DNA from: Lineus longissimus
Lineage: Eukaryota
NCBI RefSeq assembly: GCF_910592395.1
Contig: NC_088313.1
Span: 17,638,500-17,702,499 of the forward strand
Length of the DNA: 64,000 bases
Direction: 5' to 3'
Each line of letters starts with the position of its first letter. The stretch's first letter is position 1. A model generated the notes under the pieces. It did no database searches. It was not told the origin of the DNA and was given only the letters and a program-made list of their open reading frames with translations. Both the position numbers and the translations under genes were made by a program. Below, piece after piece: positions 40,566-55,900 of the stretch.

Positions 40566-42847
40566 TGCAGGAGGTGCGTACCCTCCCCTTCCCACGTAAA
40601 GTTCCCTTTTTGCAAAAGTTGCTTGTAAAAAAAACCGGTATGTTTTGCCGGCAAGTTGCTGGAAAGAGTTTTGAATTATATATTAATTAAAGTAGTACTT
40701 CAATCAGCGAATACCCCCTCCCATGACGCCCAATACAATAAATAACGCAATTTGCACTAAGTACTGTATAAATAAAAGTCAACTTGATGTTTTGAATAAC
40801 TTGTTTTGGACAAATTGATTTCCTCTCTGTTTTTATAATGAAGCTTAGTTTCCGCGAATTTATTTTGGAATTAGGTGATTATTTCTGTTTTATTGTCCTA
40901 CTTTCCGTAAATTGGCTCTTGAATTCGATTTCTGCTCGAGCTTTATTTAAAATTTATGAAGATGATCATATGGTTGATGTATCAAGTAGACAATACCATA
41001 AGAATATTATCATTCGTGATACATTTTCACAAAATCAGCCTTTTGACAGACAGTCTTAAGTATTACCATGTACAGGACGTTCTAGTCACTCACTAGATAA
41101 TCCATACTTGTCAAAATATATATAAAAGAGCAGATATAATAAAATACTCAACAAATCAATATCTATGTGACCCTTGTCCATCAAGCTATTACGCCTACGA
41201 TGTGGCCAGTACAACACATCACCTATATTTATACTACAAACTCTTAAATGTCGTTGAAGGAATTTTGAGCACGCAAACCAATGGTAAGACGGCCTTTAAT
41301 GCAGCACGTTAGCCACAGAGATCAAAGAGCAACCAGCTTCAGAACTGTTCACTTTGCATGATTTTCTTGGCAATTCATGCATGAGATTAAGATGCTGGCA
41401 AGGGTTGACATTTTCACAACACTGTGAGGTATTTCGTTCAGTGGCATTCAAACTGTACATTAAGGGACAGCATGTCTCCTAGCAAAGTTACCAGTGAGTA
41501 GGCTACATGAGTTGATATTGTCAAGGATATTTAGTTACCACTGTCATCAGATCGGTATGACGCTATCGACTCGATGCATTTTCCAACGGGCTCATAGATA
41601 CTAGTATGCACAAGTCATAGTGTGCACAAGTCTAGATCTTCGCGGAACCAATTTCACAATACATATATTGATCGAAAGAATATTTCATAAGTGTATGTTA
41701 CAGGTTGGCCTACATTTGGAGGATTTTCTTTCCTACGTGTCAGTTGTTCTGGTTGCCGATCCTAAAACCTCATAGAGCCTAAATGTTTTCCTTATTTTTG
41801 CCTTATCTGGGTATGTGAACTTTTATTAGTGGCAATAATCAAAATCTATAACAAATCCCAATTTAATGCGCCGATCAATATCGCTGAAATACGATACTAT
41901 CGCGGCAAATGTCATCATATTGATGTTAAAGCTTCGCCCTCCTCCACATCAAAAGTACATTGAGAAATATGTCGCGGCGTTGGCGTACGATAACAGACAA
42001 GCCTTGTCGTCCTCAATGCTTTGATGTATCTCTATCCTTCCAATGGATGGCCATGTCTAAGAATGCAGTCATCTCTAGCGTTCAGTGTCATAAAACCCAG
42101 TCTACAGAGAAGAAACGAACGTGTGCTGATAAAAAAACGTGTTGTCTTTGAATGAAGTTTTTCAAAGATATTTTTAATGAACAGCGAAAATCAATACGGT
42201 TTTGCTATAAGTGTTTCTTGGCGCGACATTACACTAACTATATCATCGACTGCACCAAGTAAGCTGCAAAACGTGTCCAACATTGATGAATGTTATACTG
42301 GCAGCATCGGTCCTGCTCTCCATCGATTAAGGAGCAGTCAGAACAAGGACAGTCTGTTCAGGCTCACAGGTCCAAGCATCTTTCAGACTTGTGCAGTTTG
42401 CTCAGTGCATATGCATCATGGCAGCTTGAAGCAGTTGGTGTTTATTGAGGTCTCGGGCAAAACAAACGTCATCGATTTTTAAAATCAACATTGCAGTGAG
42501 AACACACGGTGGACACTTGAAAACATCTGCTGCCTGTTCCTAAAGTCTTGAAGATATGAAAAGCGGTTGATATAGAAGCAGTTATTTACTATTAGTGCCT
42601 GGAGTGCTGAACGACACTACTAAAAACATGCTGAACAAGGGCAACGATGACTTGTAGCCAACATCCAATCCAAGACCTTTGTAAGGCTTGGTAGATAGAT
42701 ATTTTTCCTCGTTATTTTCGACTTTAAGATACAGTATCGCAGGACTAATCTTTACACAGTGCCATAAAGATAATCTAAACAAATCTTAAAATTTCCACGA
42801 TGCGCGGCGCTACCAAAAGTAGAGAATAAAAATTGCCCACGGCGTTC

Positions 42848-42868
42848 TTATATATATATTTATATATG
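42848..42868. repeat. Short (TA)n-like microsatellite ttatatatatatttatatatg
   Basis: Directly visible. Confidence 0.8.
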
Positions 42869-45047
42869 CTAATAAAAGAAAATCATTGTTTGAAATCTAC
42901 TAAAGATTCTCCGTTGCCGTTCATGAGATGCAACAAAAAACATGTAAACACAAGTCTCGGAGGATGCAACGAGATTCACTACACTTACCAAAGGCATTGA
43001 TAACTGTGATTATAAAGAAGGTGGAACACCAATAACACCTAACTATCTGAACGTTTCAAATGGATTACAGACTCCCACACGCCACAGGTATTAAAAACAC
43101 ACAGCAAACACAGCTTATGATATGTGAAGCGTTGCATGGCTGGATCGATCAGGCGTGACACAAACTGGTTGATGAGAGATGGTGCCTGCTTATCAATGTC
43201 ACAACTATTGTACATAACATTTGTTTTATGTAGGCGATACTGCGTTCAATTTTAAATGCTTTTTTAGTTTTTCAGTTACTTCACTCATTAACGTTATCAT
43301 GACCTCCAGAGCCAAATATACAGGTGTTCTTCCTACATTTTCCATAGATATCGCCAACACCGCACATGTTCTTCTTCAAATGAAGTCTCCGAAATTAGTT
43401 TCGCCTAAAAGGTCAGTAAGTACTTTTTGTGTTTGACTAATTCTAAACATAAACTGTGTAATCACCGTTGATTATATTGATATCATATAAAAGAAAGATG
43501 GGGTACATGGGTTTGCTTTAACTTTTAGAACATTTTTTGCTTTGATAGTTATGATTCATGATTCTATATAAATATGACATGCTTGGTTGGACTATGCATC
43601 AATGTCTATCATCAACTTTGCAATTATCAACGTTGCAATTATGTTGGCCGTTATAACTACACATCACATATTTTATGAATTATTCAGAAGGGTATTTTAT
43701 CTATTGACTGCAGGTGTGCCACTAATCAACAATAAGCACGGGTTTGCTTACGGGAAATATCCAAAATTAAAATTTATGCCTGGCCAATCGTAGTTTACAG
43801 CGGAAAACATCAATTGCTATTACTACACCATGCCCTGATTGCGATTCAGCTAAGTATAATAGATCACGATATCTTATTATTAAACACACGAGCAACTTCA
43901 TCAAGTCATGCGTGCGCATTTCAAATGGCCAATGTTATGGATGAGATACCTCTTCATCGGAATACGATCAAATCAATCAAAATCGCTCTTGAAATGAACG
44001 AGATGGCCAGGTAGATTTGACTTCTTCACATAAGAAGTAAGTTATCTAGTCTAGGGGCCGATTGCTTTATGATCAGACCAACGAGTCTATGTCATGACTG
44101 CCATGACTCCATATAAAAAATTAGGCTTTGATTGCAATTAATAGCTTTCGCAAATATCCTTTGTGAGGATGCGTGAAATATGGCGACTTTCGGTAGGAGG
44201 TTGAATACTACAGCACCCCTGCAGCCTCGACCCAAGTCGTTGCGCCTCCGCCACTTCCTGACGCAAGGTTGGATGATAGCTACGTTTACAATGCATTGGC
44301 CGGAGCGATCGACCACCCAGATATCACGAGATCATAGAGGGAGCCGCGTGGTTTTACCAGGCTGGCGCCCATGTATTCAACAGTGATATCAATCACAAAG
44401 TGTTATTTGGGGAGCATGCGTGAATGAACTCGACCATCGGCAGATGGTTTCTGTTCCCAGTGTTGCACCGTTCTAGTGCAACGTTTGCATACATTTCATG
44501 GTCACTTAATTATTATCAAATTGATTATACGTTAAGCTAATATTGCTGTTGCCGGACATAAAGGTAGAATACGTTCAGTCTTTAGAATAGACAGAATCCC
44601 TGTCATTGAAACCAGACCGATCAAACTACCACTTAAAAGCCAGAAAAACATTAATATCATAATGTATTCAATGTTTTCAATAGTTCATTGTTTCCAATTA
44701 GCCCACATTAATATCGCCTCTGTCCCCTTTCCTGCTAATCCATAAACCCAATGGGTTCACTAGAATAGCTAAAGCCATAGAAACATCCGGCTCTACATAA
44801 AAAACATTTAACGTCACCGCATGACGGCTGTGCATTCATAAAGAACAGCTTCCATCCGCCATTCCGCAATAGTGGGACAGCACAGATGCTGAATTGTGGA
44901 TTATTTATAGTGGTTAACCAATGTATGTCGTTATCAGCGGCAAATCGCTCCTCAATACGTCACGCAGATTTCCATATAGCTGGCCCGGTAGTTTTGGTGA
45001 CCGGTTATGATAAAAAATATGTCATATTGGCTGGCCCCATCAACAAT

Positions 45048-45104
45048 GATAAATCTGGAAAAAGTTAGAGAAACCGTTAATAAGTCGGAAAAAGCCCCCT
45101 ACTA
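45048..45104. mobile_element. Solo truncated terminal fragment of the foldback family found at 37555-37989
   Basis: gataaatctggaaaaagttagagaaaccgttaataagtcggaaaaagccccctacta aligns to 37922-37989, gataaatcaggaaaaatttagagaaac[tgtaagagaaac]cgttaagaagtcggaaaaaactcctacta, with about 6 mismatches and one 12-bp indel. It is again followed by TA. No homology extends upstream of 45048. Confidence 0.6.
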
Positions 45105-46882
45105 TAGTGATAGTACCTACTATGGTATCTGCATACCAGTCGTCGTATTCGACTTTTAACCAATGTCACTAGGTTCTGACTATGTCCGTAATTTCTGGTG
45201 ATGCGAGGTTTATTGACAATCACAGACCGACAAAAGGACTCTTTCATCAAAATCAAGAAAATGAGAAACATTTTGATCGAAATATTATTCCAGGGTTACG
45301 ATCATCTTCATAGGAATTGAGCAAATGCACGCATATGAACATGTTATTCCCAGTACCTCTTGAACCATGTGCAAATACGCGCTGAAGTAGCAATATGTAC
45401 TATGTTACACCAATATTATCATTAGGCTGGCTAATGAAATCATTTCGTTGGCTACTTGTTGACAATTCGTGTCGCACATGACCACACTTGACCACATTGC
45501 AGAGGCAACACGTATTGGACAAATAATGTTGTTAAAAGGAAACAAATTTATGATATGGGCCGACTTATTGATGAAAAAGACTGATTTTACGAGGAGATCT
45601 GTTTCCTGCATCGCTGCTGCTTAAAAAAGTAATTTAGGCTCAAGTGTGTACTTGGTAACTGTAATTACCGCCGAGCACAGTTTGAGGTGGGCGAATGTAT
45701 CATCAATAGACACCAACCGCACCGCCGCAAATGCCGATTCACGAGACCAAAGTGATTTCGACCGGACGTGCACAAATATGATCTGGTCCGGTCTGGTCTG
45801 GTTTGGTTAGCATGTTGGTACCAAGTCAACGACCCTATCATGCGGTCGAATGAAAAAATGATCGCAATTAACCGAGGGCTGTCCGATAATCCGAGAAAAA
45901 AAAGAGTAAGCTTACCAAGTGAAGAACAATTAGGCAGTTAGTGGGAAGTCTAATCAAAAATGCCTGATCATAAATATATCGTTTCTTTGCTCTCCCAGAC
46001 ATGCCTTTCACAATTGGATCCTCCAATTGACTCTTGGCACCCCATTTATAAGAGTTAATGGGTCCGATGGGGTAGCAGATGTGGCTAGTTACGATTGGCT
46101 TAGAGGAGACGAAAAATAGACGTTTTGCTTATGGTGGTTGTCCTTCTGCAGAGTCTCAGTGGTATTCTCGGGTCTTTGAGCTACATGTAAATAAAAATGG
46201 ATAATACTAAAGACGAGACGCTGCTGTCTCGGCTACTGTTTTCTCTTCAAGAGAATCTCACGGGGACTGTCGGTTCTCGGAGCTGACAGTAGTGTGGATG
46301 AGTCTCTTGAGTCGTTTTGGCAGACAGATACCATAAAAAACAAGACATAAATGAATATGGTAAGAGCACTTAACGTTCGGGTAAGTCAAACGTTAGAGAA
46401 ACCATGAAGCCAACGGCTCTGGACAACCTCCGCGGGTGACGAGACTTCTGTTTACAATAGGAATTTCGGTGGTGCAGTATAATCTGCCTCTTCTCCGGTT
46501 ACCTGAGAGCAGAGGTTTTGAGGAGTTCCTTTGCACGAGATTGTTCCAGTTGCAGCAATGACAACCACATTCAACAAATTCTTGCTTTCTTTGAAGCCGA
46601 CCGGATGACCTAAGGGAATTCTCCTTTTCATCAGCCAATTCTGAAAAACCGCACCGTTATTGCATAACTGTGCACTCATGATTAGAAACAATGTCCGAAT
46701 GTCTACATAAGCTCTTTTGGCAATTCCCATTTGACATTTGAAGCTTCGAGATCTCCGCGAACGCTTTAAAGCTGACATCCTGCGGTGAGACTTGATTGTC
46801 AATCCGTCGCCCTGTCTTGAAGGAAACATTCGATTCGCCTTGTAATTCCTCTGGCTTTTAGACAGTATCACATATCCGACAA

Positions 46883-46956
46883 TCTACTGCTGCAACAGCT
46901 GATCATATTGTCTACTGCAGCTGATCACATTATCTACTCCAGCTGATCACATTAGC
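46883..46956. repeat. Minisatellite, 3 copies of a ~22-24-bp unit ctact(g/c)cagctgatcacatta
   Basis: tctactgctgcaacagctgatcatattg / tctactgcagctgatcacattatc / tactccagctgatcacattagca. Confidence 0.8.
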
Positions 46957-49900
46957 AACTTGTGTCAAAGAGAACTACTTCCCTTGAAAATATTTCAGGA
47001 AAAAAAATGATTCAACTTAACGTAATTAGTAGGTGAGTGAGAAGAGAGAAATTTGCACTTTGACTATTTAATTGGACCAATATGACAATATATAGTGTAA
47101 ATCGTGTTTATGAAATCAATGCCTCTATTGCCATGTAGTAGTTAATTTGATTTGTCATGTAAGAACGACATACGGTGTGAATCCTTTTGCAAACATTTGA
47201 AACCAAATGAGATTAATTGACACGACTGGCAGACTTTGATATGCGATTAGATGTGTTAGTGGATATTTCCTGTATGTCTGGAATCAAAGGCGAATTTTTA
47301 CATTTCTGATGGAATGCATCAGGCCTTCCTGCTTGCTCTAGCGATTAATGTTCTTGTACCATGTCGGTGCCACAGTTTCATAAACTATTCTTCCTGAAGT
47401 CGGTTACAGAAGAACTCGTTAACCATCAGCAACGCCAAACAAAGCAAAAGATAAACAGGGAATAGTTTCCTAAGTTTACAATAGCGTGCCTTTTAACTGT
47501 ATATCAACCTGCTAACAAGACAGGAACAAGCTTCCTCTCCAATATGCACAAGAAAAAGCTGCTTACCGTTAACATATTGTCAACCTGAGTTCACCTAGTT
47601 TTATTGCTTAGCATGGGGTGAATTTAATGAACCAACACCTTCTTGCACGCTTTTCTGCACAGATAATAATTGCCAATGATTTCTTCGAACATAATGCTGA
47701 AGTAGTCTTTTTTACCCGTTATAGTTTCCGGCGTTTTCATTATGATTTCCACCAGAAGAAGACACACTACTTCGTGTCACGAAATCGGCTTTTTTGTTTT
47801 GGAGGCTGAAATGCTTTCCTGCTTGTTATTACTCATGAACATTTAGCAATATTAATATGACATGAACCACATCTTCGTCATCTATTTTTCTCAATGCTTT
47901 TTCTAAAGGATATCAAAAAATTCTTACTTGCTTTGAAGGCTTTGACTCTGAATGTACATTATAAAAAACATAATAGGTTATCGTTGTTAATGGGGCCGTC
48001 ACAAACAATTTGGCTTGTTCTGTTGTGTACATGCTTAAGTTATGCCCATGGGGCAATTGGCTTAACTATTTATGAGATCTAAAAAACAGTGTTGGCCAAC
48101 GTAAGTTTATAAAAAAGAGTCTTGGGTCGTTGAGAAAAAAGTGTCTTTGGCCGTCGGGAATACTGTCTATATAAATGATTTTCCTGCGGGAACAACTGCC
48201 TCCCAATGTTTCAAAAGTAAAGAGAAATGAATGATTGACCAATATTTGCTTAACCTGTTGTCATGCTGCTTGCGTTAAATGTCAGGTACGTCTTTGTGGT
48301 CTAGGTTCATTATGTTTTGATACGGACAATTGCCAAAATCGATTAGCTTGATAATTGCAAAGCAATTAATTCAGGCACTATTTGCCCATTCAAACACAAG
48401 GAGTACCCCCGATATTCAATAATGTTGCTTTATATTTCACATGATTTATTACACCGGTTGTAGCTGATACAGCAATCATACCACCATGTGGTATCCTTCT
48501 ATTCAATATACAGTGTAATACAGTAGCGTTATGCTTACATTGACTTTAATTCGATGACATGCATTAAGAAGAAATGCAATCGGTAATCTCATAATGGGTT
48601 TCAACCTGTGACCCCAAGGGACTTCTGAAATAGAGGCCGGTAGGATGAGATTCTGTATAGATATCTAAACTTCAGTTTGCTTTTCATCGTTCTAGTATAT
48701 ATGAGTTTAGCGACAGACTATAATCAGACTGATTTTTGCATTGTATCAGTTCTTAACGGAAGTGTGTAGTGTTATTTGAATCCATTTTAGAGTCGCTGTA
48801 ACATTTGCTTTGAAGATAGTTTGGTATTATCATCATAATGGCTGGGAGGCCTAGTGTCTTTTGAAGTTGGATAAAAATCATTAAAATAGTATGGATTTCG
48901 CTACTGTTGAGTGTTAACGATGGTTTCGGTTGTTCATTCAGTTGAAGTGTTCATAGGTCAACGATTACTGAAGTTAGTTTTTATTATGAAGGAAATGGCT
49001 TTTGAATTTTACTCCATGGTTTTATAGTGTATGGTCCTGTTTGATTTACAGAAGCTGCGCCACTATTGATCAAATCACTTATATATTCCCCGAATTTCAA
49101 ATACCGATAGTTGTACGCTACCATTGATTCCTGTGACATTTCACATTTGCCTCAGACTGATCCCTGGGGCTAAGTCAGATTAGGATTTATTAATAATATG
49201 AGTGTAGTGGTCATGATTCCTTGCTATCGATTACTAACAAGCGTTTCATTTACTACGAATTGCCCCCTAAATGTTTGCAAGGCAAATAACAGAATATTTC
49301 ATTAGGATCGTGATGTTGCTTAGTGACTATTAGGACGAAAGTGTTGTAAAAATTATTACTGAGATATTTTACCTTAAGCCTGCATTTGAATATTTAGAAT
49401 GAATGCATTGTCATTTGTCTTCTCATTTTCGCCAAAAATAATGCCATGCCCCTACCTTTCAACATTTAAGGAACTCGAGTGCACAGAATAACAACAGAAA
49501 GCCTGTTGTATTTAAACAGGAGAATGCCTGGTGCAAACAGGTACTAAAAGTGGGCCCTGGTAGAACATAGCTTACTATGCAAAGCTACCTCTTGCATTCG
49601 TGACCATTATTATGTTTTCCGTATTTTTAAATAAATGTTCGAAAATAGTTATCCTAGCAGCCTCAGCTCAGTTGCTTACCCGTAGGCATAGTGCAGACTG
49701 AGAAATATGTATTTGAACTACATGTGCATGTATATGATAAGACTAACAAAGAAACCTTGTGGAGTTCACAAACCAGGTTCAACCCTGATATTTAAAACGT
49801 GTCGCTAGATCGATTATTGAAGAACCCAGTTTAACATTTTAAACTGATTGAAATTTATCAATTCTTTTTGCAATTTGGAAACTTGTTTTTTACTAATGGC

Positions 49901-52900
49901 TATTTGGGTTCTAAATCAAGGAATTTATTCGAAAAGCTGCTTCAATAATCCGATTTACTTTCACTCTTTTTCGCAACCGGAAGTTCAACTTGTGGACACG
50001 TGCTACCATTACAAAATAGGTTCTTTAAGCCCCACAAAATAACGTCTGTGTATCTCAATTTTCTGGCGGGTCCACTCCAGCAAAAGCTGAGTTAAGTTTC
50101 GTTTTTCAGTTTGTTTGGAGCAAAGGAAGAAAAAAATGTTCACTTTCAAAGACTTAACTATGTGATCACTGTAGTATAGGTGGAGCCAATGAATTGCTAC
50201 ACTTTTCACTGTTCCTTCATTATAAGACTGATATGATTAAATTCGATTTCACAGTCAATATGCTGCGAGCTATCAGTCACAAAACTTCATTATAACAGTT
50301 AACTACCGGGGTTCATGGTTCTGGGGCTATATCACAGGCTTTGCGATCAGTGACAAATACAAAGTCAAGGAGGACTTTCAAAGAAATCAAGAACAACACC
50401 TATTAAAACTCTGCAGTTCCCCAAGCTACTGTTGCTGATAACAGGCTTTAACACAGAGTCATAGGAAGGAATATAACTTATAAATTACTTTGACTTTAAA
50501 GTTCATAAACAGTAGCCGTGAGTCGACTCTCACGTCAAAGTAAAAGATGCACAATGCATTGTCGCTTTCCTTCAATGTTAAAAAGGGAGTTGAAGGTCAT
50601 CCCATGCTAAGTGATATGACTAAGTGCTAAGCCATGTTATCAGTCTGTAACATGTAGTTTTTGTACATGTCTTTCTGAAAACTACGAAGGTCTAATCAAT
50701 AAATCAGTGAATAAATAGAAAGACAATTCTAGTCCAGGCAGTTTGCTCAGAGCAGCTGACCAGATAACCAGATTACCACTTATTAAATCTCTAACTTAAG
50801 TTGCAGTTCAGCGTTGTGTATTGCCAAATTTATTTTATCAAGCAATTACAAGTTAAAGAAATCTTGAAGGAGCATTCGTATATAATATATGAAGCGAGAT
50901 ATCCTCTCCTCATATCATTATGGTGACGATTCGCGTTTACATTTCCGAACTTGCCTAACTTTGTTATTTACCCCAGTCGATGGTTGACATTGTTCATTGT
51001 TTACCCTCTCAATATATTGCAAAGAACCTCAGCTTCCCTCTTTGTTCACTTTGTCTCGATAGCTAACATGCTAATACAAACTCCAATAACACACTGAAAC
51101 GACAGTAAATATATTCTGAACAGTGGTTCGTTGGAGGAGAACATAATTGCCAATAAAACGAGTGTTGTTTATTCCCTTTCGAAACATTGAACATTAATTA
51201 TGTTTTGTTAAATGATTGTTTGGGACACAGTGTTCCGAGCAGAATCGTCTATATATCATCAGGTTAACGAATTAGAACAACACGTATTGATACGGCTTTT
51301 GCGACGAAAAAAAACGAAAACCTAGGGTGGCGAGTGATTCGCAAAAGAGGACTCCATTCAAACGTTGTTCAACTCCTGACCTTACTTTTGATACTGGCAT
51401 CCTGAGCTAAAGCTTTCCCATGTGTCCTTTACTGCTTACTTTACATCTTAATAAAGTCACAGCAGGAGACTCAAAAGTTTCCAAGACATCAACAAATCAT
51501 AAAAAATACCTGCTGGCCGTGTTACGTTTTATGTGACACTATCAGAAATCTTACACTTCAGCTAATGTATCGCGATTTGCAACATGTTGTGTGCACCTTT
51601 CATGTTCAAAACAGCTCCACCCTTTGTTATTGCGAGAAATGCCTTTCAACGGTCCGTATTGGCGTTTAGCTTGCGTTGTCTGTACTACAATTCGCTTTAA
51701 GATTGCTTTGTCATGAAAATCTGACCTGCACGTGTACCAATATCGTCTATTTTTAACAATATATCAATCCTTTATAAACTATGACAAAGGAATACTAACG
51801 TCTTTATCTATACATTTACTCTTCTGCACTAGCTCAGCATGCAACGCCAATTTTCTAGATCTATTAATTACTGCCATAACATGATATTCCTCCTACAACG
51901 AGAAGTATCCATTCCTATCACTGTAGGGTTTCCCGAAGATCACAGACAGAGAATAACAGTCCATATAATATAAACGATTTTATTAGATGGAACGCCTGGC
52001 ATGCCATGGCCAGTTCATTTGAAAAATCGATAGAGGAAAGACTCAGCCACAGATGTGTTGGTTCTGTCGTGCCGAAGGCATTTGATTGTGAGGAACATAA
52101 AGAATAAATAAATCACAGGATGATTGGGAAAAACTAATTTAACTCTAGTATGAACGAATAGAACCAAACAGAGGGCAGTTGAAAAACATTATGAAAGTTC
52201 TGTAAGTCAGTTAGGTCGGAATGTAGCGATATTGTATTTGTTGTCTTTTCCGATACGATCGAGATGAATGCGAGAGAAAATAATTAACAAAAGCCAATAA
52301 TTGTGTTGTCATTAAAAGTTTCCGATTTTAGATGGAAGGCTGGTCTTCTGATAATGCATGATGGACCAAACCCTGTAGACTTCATCATTGTGTTGATGTA
52401 CGTTGATTATTTATTTCCAATCTTGGCAGACACGTTTAATGGCGGATTTTGAATAACAATGGTGGAAAGTCTTCTATTGTTTGGCATTTTCATTGCCCAC
52501 ACATCTCCCAAAGAAATACATCTTTAGTATCCACGACCACAAAGATACTATACTGCCTTTCCTTTGAAATCAGTAGAGCTGACAGTTTTTTTAAACAAAA
52601 CCTTCTGGAGTCGACCAACTTTGGAACGAAGACTCCTATTTTGCTTTCAGGCGTAAACGTGTCGTGTTACAATGAATGTTTCAAACTTTAGACTGCTTAA
52701 ATATCTCAGTTATGAAATGCTGAATAGTTGAGCCTCAAGCAATGTGTTCGGAAAACTCTGGAACTGGCCTAGCAAAGAGTCATAGAATGAGGGAACGTCG
52801 CAGGCACTGTTGTGACATTCCATTTGCATTGCGTAAAATTTCAAAGAAACTGCAAGATATTAGCAGAATTTGAGCTCGAATTGCTGACTCGTTCTACTTT

Positions 52901-55900
52901 TTCAGTGGACAACGTCAAGAATAATTAGGAATGTGAACAATATTTAAGGAAAAGCACAATGAGACAATTACATTGTATGTGATATCTTTGGGGAGCACTA
53001 GAGGTGATATGTCATCTAAGAATGAAAGTAAGAAAACGAGTTAGTATTTTCTTCATAATGGTACGGAAAACAATCGAATTTATTTCACGTGCTGAAGTGG
53101 TTATTGTTATCAATGAAACTAGCATTTATATTTTACATGTTCGTGTTCTCGTGAGTTACTGTTTTCAAAGTTAGATATTTTTACCTTTAGCCCTTACTTG
53201 TTTAACAGTCGTTCACAACATTGCCGCAAATATTCAAAATTATTAGGCAGAATAAGGCAAACACGGCGAGAGCATAAAGATCTACTGAATTATTCTAGAA
53301 TCTGTGCTCTTCACAGACAAAAATGGTCGATTTTATGTACAAGATATTTTTCAATGAATTCATAGAATTTTGACAAATTATCTCCCCTCAAATGTATCTC
53401 GTATGTCCAATGCCTTCTTTGGATGACTTACTTCTTCATCATGTTTATGGTGCCTTGCGAGATCTAGGAACAACAACTATTGACGAAACGTTCTTCGTTG
53501 TTTATCTCTATATCACCATGGAGAAGAAAAGGTGAATCGTACCCAGCAGACCCTGCAGGGCATGTGATGTTAATAGTTGGCTGTTACAGAAATCTAATGC
53601 TATCTGCATTCGTGTTTTGAAAGGAATATTACCTAGAAAACAAGATCAATGATGATTCAGTTACTAGAAATGATGATGATAATATTTGATAAATGTATTT
53701 GCACTTTATGTTTTGTCAGCAAACTGCGTATGTAGAAATACTAATAAAATTTTAATAAGTTATGCACTGAACAGAAAAGGAACCTCAAAATCTTTGCCAA
53801 AATCGTTATCAATTTATTCACTCTCAAGAAAAAGGTCCAGAACAATATCATTTTGAAATTTGTGATATTTTTCTTGTTGTTTTATACTGGTAGTGGTTTC
53901 GAGCAAGGTCTTTGATGAGGAAACGTGTTTGCTTAAAGATTCATATCTGAACTGTCGCAGCACAAGTCCTAAAGTTCAAATTGATAGAATAAGGAGAAGA
54001 GGTAATTTGTATTTTCGGTGACAATTTATCGTTTTAGATCTTGGTAAGAACATTTTAGGAGCTACCAATTGTAATCTATATGTTAATTGCACTTGGTGAC
54101 CACCAACAAATGTTATTCTGTTGCGGAATTCACTAGCATAAGATAATATAAGAAGTGATCCCATCTTGATCATGTTATGGAATAAAATACGCCTTACCCC
54201 ACAATATCACGGAGCACAACACTATACATCATCTTCCGGTAGAATTTATTGGTGTCACTGCATTTCATTCTTAGGGTACTCAACTTCCGGCGTTACCAAG
54301 CAACGTCAGAATTCCTCAAAATATCAAAGGGAAGTTATCATAGGTTCATTGTTCCTGATATGACTCCACACTTCCTGCATGTTGAACAATAATGACCTTC
54401 GGAACACTGAAGGCACAACAAATGCATCAATGTTTTGATCATTTATTCGAGGAAGTTGAACTATTTTCATCAATTGATACCCTGATCATTCTTAGTGATC
54501 AATCAATTAACGTCGACAAGAAAGGCTATCTTCCCATGCATTATGTCAATACAATAATGGCAAATGACCTTCAAGAGGTAATTCCGCGGCTTGATCCCAA
54601 CGACAGGATTGAATTGTCTATAAACAAGGAACAACTTCTGTTAACCACTGATAGGTACCAACCAGATGGATAAGTCACCAAAGTCGATTCCGGATCCCGT
54701 TGAAAAGTCATGTCATCATTTTATGGCTTTGTACCAAGGCGAAGATTGGGGAAGCAACATATCACATCGGCTATAGTCATTTGGCATGTTTTAATTAGAG
54801 AATCTCTGATTTCCCAAAGTGGTCTTTATGGCCTACACAACAAGAATCGCGAAGTCATGTCAGAGTCTAATTGTTCGTTTTCCATCAACTTCACTGGCTT
54901 TTAGTCCTTGCCAGAAATACACTTAAAACTTTTACCTCGAACTGCCCGAATACATCAAATTGCGCAATACAACGGCAGATTTTTTGTTGTCGTTTTTTAT
55001 GTTCGAATAGTTAACTTTCATGTAGTTCGATTTCAAGAATGTGGCAGGGTGACGTAAATCTGCTTCTGTTCCCCAAAGTTTTTCGCTGATACAGCGCTTG
55101 ACAAAGAGTAACTTCTCAGTAATAACCCATTTCATAGGCTTATGTTATAATTCATCAAGTCATTATTGTGATAATGTAGATTCCAACTGAATGATTCAAT
55201 ACATACAATTTTCAATACTATAACGTTTGCGAATGCAAGAACTTACACTTAGGCGTTTTGAACTATTGAGTTTGTGTTACTCACTAAGTCTTTGTGATGA
55301 AAAATGTAATAGTGTGCTCCCACAGGGGTGAAGTCTGTGTTGTTTACTTCTATTTACTATGAATGAAAATCAATGTCACGAGTAAACGTTGCTTTAAGCC
55401 CATATTCAATCTATACATCATGTGTCAATTATGTGAAGGTTTCATACGCATACGCCTAATCACGCCTAATTTCCTAATCAAGCCAAACATCAAGTCAAAC
55501 CGTTCCTTAAATTCTTGACAGGCCGAGTATATTTTTTAAACAGTGAAAAGGACAGTGGCTTCCACCTGAGGTCAATAGATTATTACAAACAGAAGGAGTG
55601 TGCTAAAAACCCACAACTTCCTGTACAAGCTAAAATTCTAACATTCTAAGTTTAATAATACCATTTACAGCATGCATTTCAAATGTAGGCGACAAACTCT
55701 AAAATTAGTGAAATTATTCTAAACTGTGGCCGGAAGGCTTTTTAACAATTCTCTATACACAACGATTAATTATCAATCAATCTTCAATTTCTGTTCAATA
55801 TTGGCAAACTATCGTAAACGCTGAATCATGCCCTCGTCAATAGGTAAGTCCACTTGCCTAATAAACGCAATGATACGAGTTTTAAAGGTGTTATAACATA

